From Eledone cirrhosa (Eukaryota), in contig OZ024740.1 of the NCBI GenBank assembly GCA_964016885.1, forward strand, positions 141,236,001 to 141,300,000: 64,000 nucleotides of DNA, given 5' to 3'. This document shows, piece after piece, positions 61,501 to 64,000 of the stretch. The notes beneath the pieces are model-generated. The model worked only from the letters and a program-made list of their open reading frames with translations, searched no databases and was not told the origin of the DNA. Numbering within the stretch: position 1 is the stretch's first letter; every line of letters begins with the position of its first letter. The translations under genes and the position numbers were made by a program.

Positions 61501-62170
61501 TGGTGGTGAAGATGCATCCTCTGTCAATTTTGATTATGAGCATTCAGTTGTTTGGTTCACTGAATGTTTGACTCGTGAATTAATGTGTAAGTGATTGAGT
61601 ACTCCACAGGCACATGTACCCTTAATGTAGTTCTTCACAAGCTGAATTAGTGTGACACTATGTGACAAGGATGGGCTTCTAAACAGTTTCTGTCTACCCA
61701 ATTTCACTCACAAGGCTTGGGTCAACCAGAGGTTATGATAAAGACAGTTGTACATGGTGTTACACAGTAGGATCAAACCTGAAACCTTATGTCATGAATT
61801 GAACATCTTAACCACTCAGCCATGCCTGTATTCACAAAAGTAATAATATAGGTACTGAGTCTGTTAATTATGATTTGTCTACTTCATCTTTGGATTAAAG
61901 TCATTTATGAAATATATACACATTGCCCCTGTTGTTGAGCACTCTCAATCATCAACATGCAGAAGCAACCACCACTAAACAATGGGTATCTAATGAAAAT
62001 TTATATTTTGAAACAAAAGTATATCTGTAAAAATCCAGAAAGTAAAGAAATAAATTATATACTAACATAGTACCCATCAACAATGACAGAGTAGGTAGTA
62101 AAAAATATTTAATTTGATAATTCCTTGATTACAACATTCTGCATGAAGTCACTTCAACAACGTCAATATA

Positions 62171-62235
62171 TCTTCTTCTTCTTCTTCTTCTTCTTCTTCT
62201 TCTCCTCCTCCTCCTCCTCCTCCTCCTTCTTCTTC
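62171..62235. repeat. (CTT)n(CCT)n microsatellite
   Basis: Seen directly. Confidence 0.95.
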
Positions 62236-64000
62236 GCCCACTTATTTATTCCAAGCTTGACATGCATTTCTTGACATTGGATGATTTCACTGTTATGACT
62301 AAACTTTGGATTACAGGTTGTACCCATATGTTCATGTCTCATCTCCAGTTATCACAATATTCCCACACTGTCAAACAACAATCCTCCATTATTAAGGTCT
62401 GCACCTTTGTGATAACAACTACATTGTGATTTATTGACAGCCTCCCAGAATGCTGGTCACTTTCCACTGATGTGCGACCATCTTTCAACCTGTTCTACCA
62501 CTTTTTTTATTTAACTCTCTTCAAACTTACAACCTGCACAGAATTGTCACCAAGAGCCTGAGATTTGTGAATTGTTTCTGCTTGGATGGATATCTCCAAC
62601 CTTTTAGCAAAACTTAATGCAAGGTTGTTGTTGCTCTACATGTTCCATCATCACATGAGAAATGAAAATGTGAAGAGAAGGTAGTACAGTACCTCACACA
62701 CTGGCTATCTGACAATGACTAATGCATCCTGCCAATAAACATGCATGTGCATGAATATATGCAGCTCTACACTGCATACTTTTGTCTCCCTAACATCATT
62801 ATTTTCCATTGAAAAAATGAAGTTGGATAATTTTTCAACATCATCATTGTCCTTTTAACATCAGCTTTGCCTGCTAGCAAGGGTTCGGCAGGTCCATATA
62901 GACCAGGTCTGTACTGAAGCAGAGCCACTGATCTCCCTGGCAAGCCAGGGACCTATGTGCTCTTATGTATGGTCTCACATTCCATCAAGTGCTCAGGAGA
63001 GGTTGGCATGCCTTGACACAGCTGAGGGTCCTCCCAACCCTTTGTTTGGCAAGAATTCTACTAGCTAGATGCCATATATATATATCCACTTTTTGCCATC
63101 AATTCTAATGATGTGTTCCAGTTGTTTGAACAATGAATCTATTGTACACATAATTGAACATTCCACAGGCACATGACACTTATCATAGTTCTCAATGAGA
63201 TTTAGCATATCACAAAGTGTGACAATGCTGGTCCTTTGAATCACAGGTACAACTTATTTTTGACAGCTGAGTGGACTGGAAAAACATGAAATAAATTGTC
63301 TTTCTCTAGGACACAATGCACCATCAGGAATCAAACACACAAACTTACAATTGCAAAGCAAACATCCCAACCACTAAGCCATGCATCTCATACACATATG
63401 CACTGGAATTGGTGTCCACTCTATCACTCTAATGGTCCACCTGCTGTCTCTGAGATGAGAGATGTGGCCAGCTCATCTATGTTTGCCCTTCTTGATGGTC
63501 TCAATTATGTCTTTGACTCCAGTCTCCCATCAAATCCAAGTGTTGCTTTTCCTGTCGTGTAAGGTGACGCTGAGCATGATTCACTCCATTTTATGTTGGG
63601 CCACTGCAGGAGTCTCTGTAGTGGTGATTTGATAACCTGGTTACTAATACTCTACTTTACTGTATCTGTAAAAGCCAATTTCTGGCCACTTTTTATAGGC
63701 TATATTCCAATCTTCCTCCTATATCTAACTCTTGTTCTTCTTTTCCCTCTCTTCTTCTTTCTCATCCTATTACTTTTTAGCCATTTTCCTCTACTACCTT
63801 GTTAGACTGAACAGTTCTACTCCCTTGTTAGACTGAACAGTATGGCCAGTATTTGACTTCCATAGATAAGATGAAGTACAGCATCAGTGACCAGGTCATA
63901 GATGTACAACTTTGATATATTTATCATCATCTTTCATCCAATTTCTTGAGAAGGTGAAGCAATGTTGATGCCTTGACTTCATTGTAATTTTTTCTAATGG

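Overview
AT-rich eukaryotic (metazoan) DNA. The SINE family and dense microsatellites look octopus/cephalopod-like; that assignment is an inference. Bases 1-28864 are a homogeneous tandem macrosatellite of ~2.476-kb units (11.6 units visible, open to the left). Each unit carries three tRNA-Gly(GCC)-derived sequences on the + strand (a D-arm-deleted pseudogene, a 3'-truncated pseudogene and a full-length gene), a 3'-deleted Helitron, and two antisense RTE-type reverse-transcriptase relics. Bases ~28.9-47.6 kb are an older, diverged part of the same tRNA-Gly cluster (~19 more genes/pseudogenes, all + strand). It preserves un-deleted ancestral versions of the array modules and includes a Gly(ACC) anticodon variant. 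It is interrupted by a Gypsy LTR element, Penelope-like elements with hammerhead-like motifs, Helitrons and SINEs. An L1/Tx1-type LINE is nested in a Penelope-like RT relic at 47.6-51.4 kb. After a microsatellite-rich stretch, two coding exons of a secreted TSP1 + VWA protein gene appear (58.5-60.6 kb). All coordinates and alignments were read by eye.
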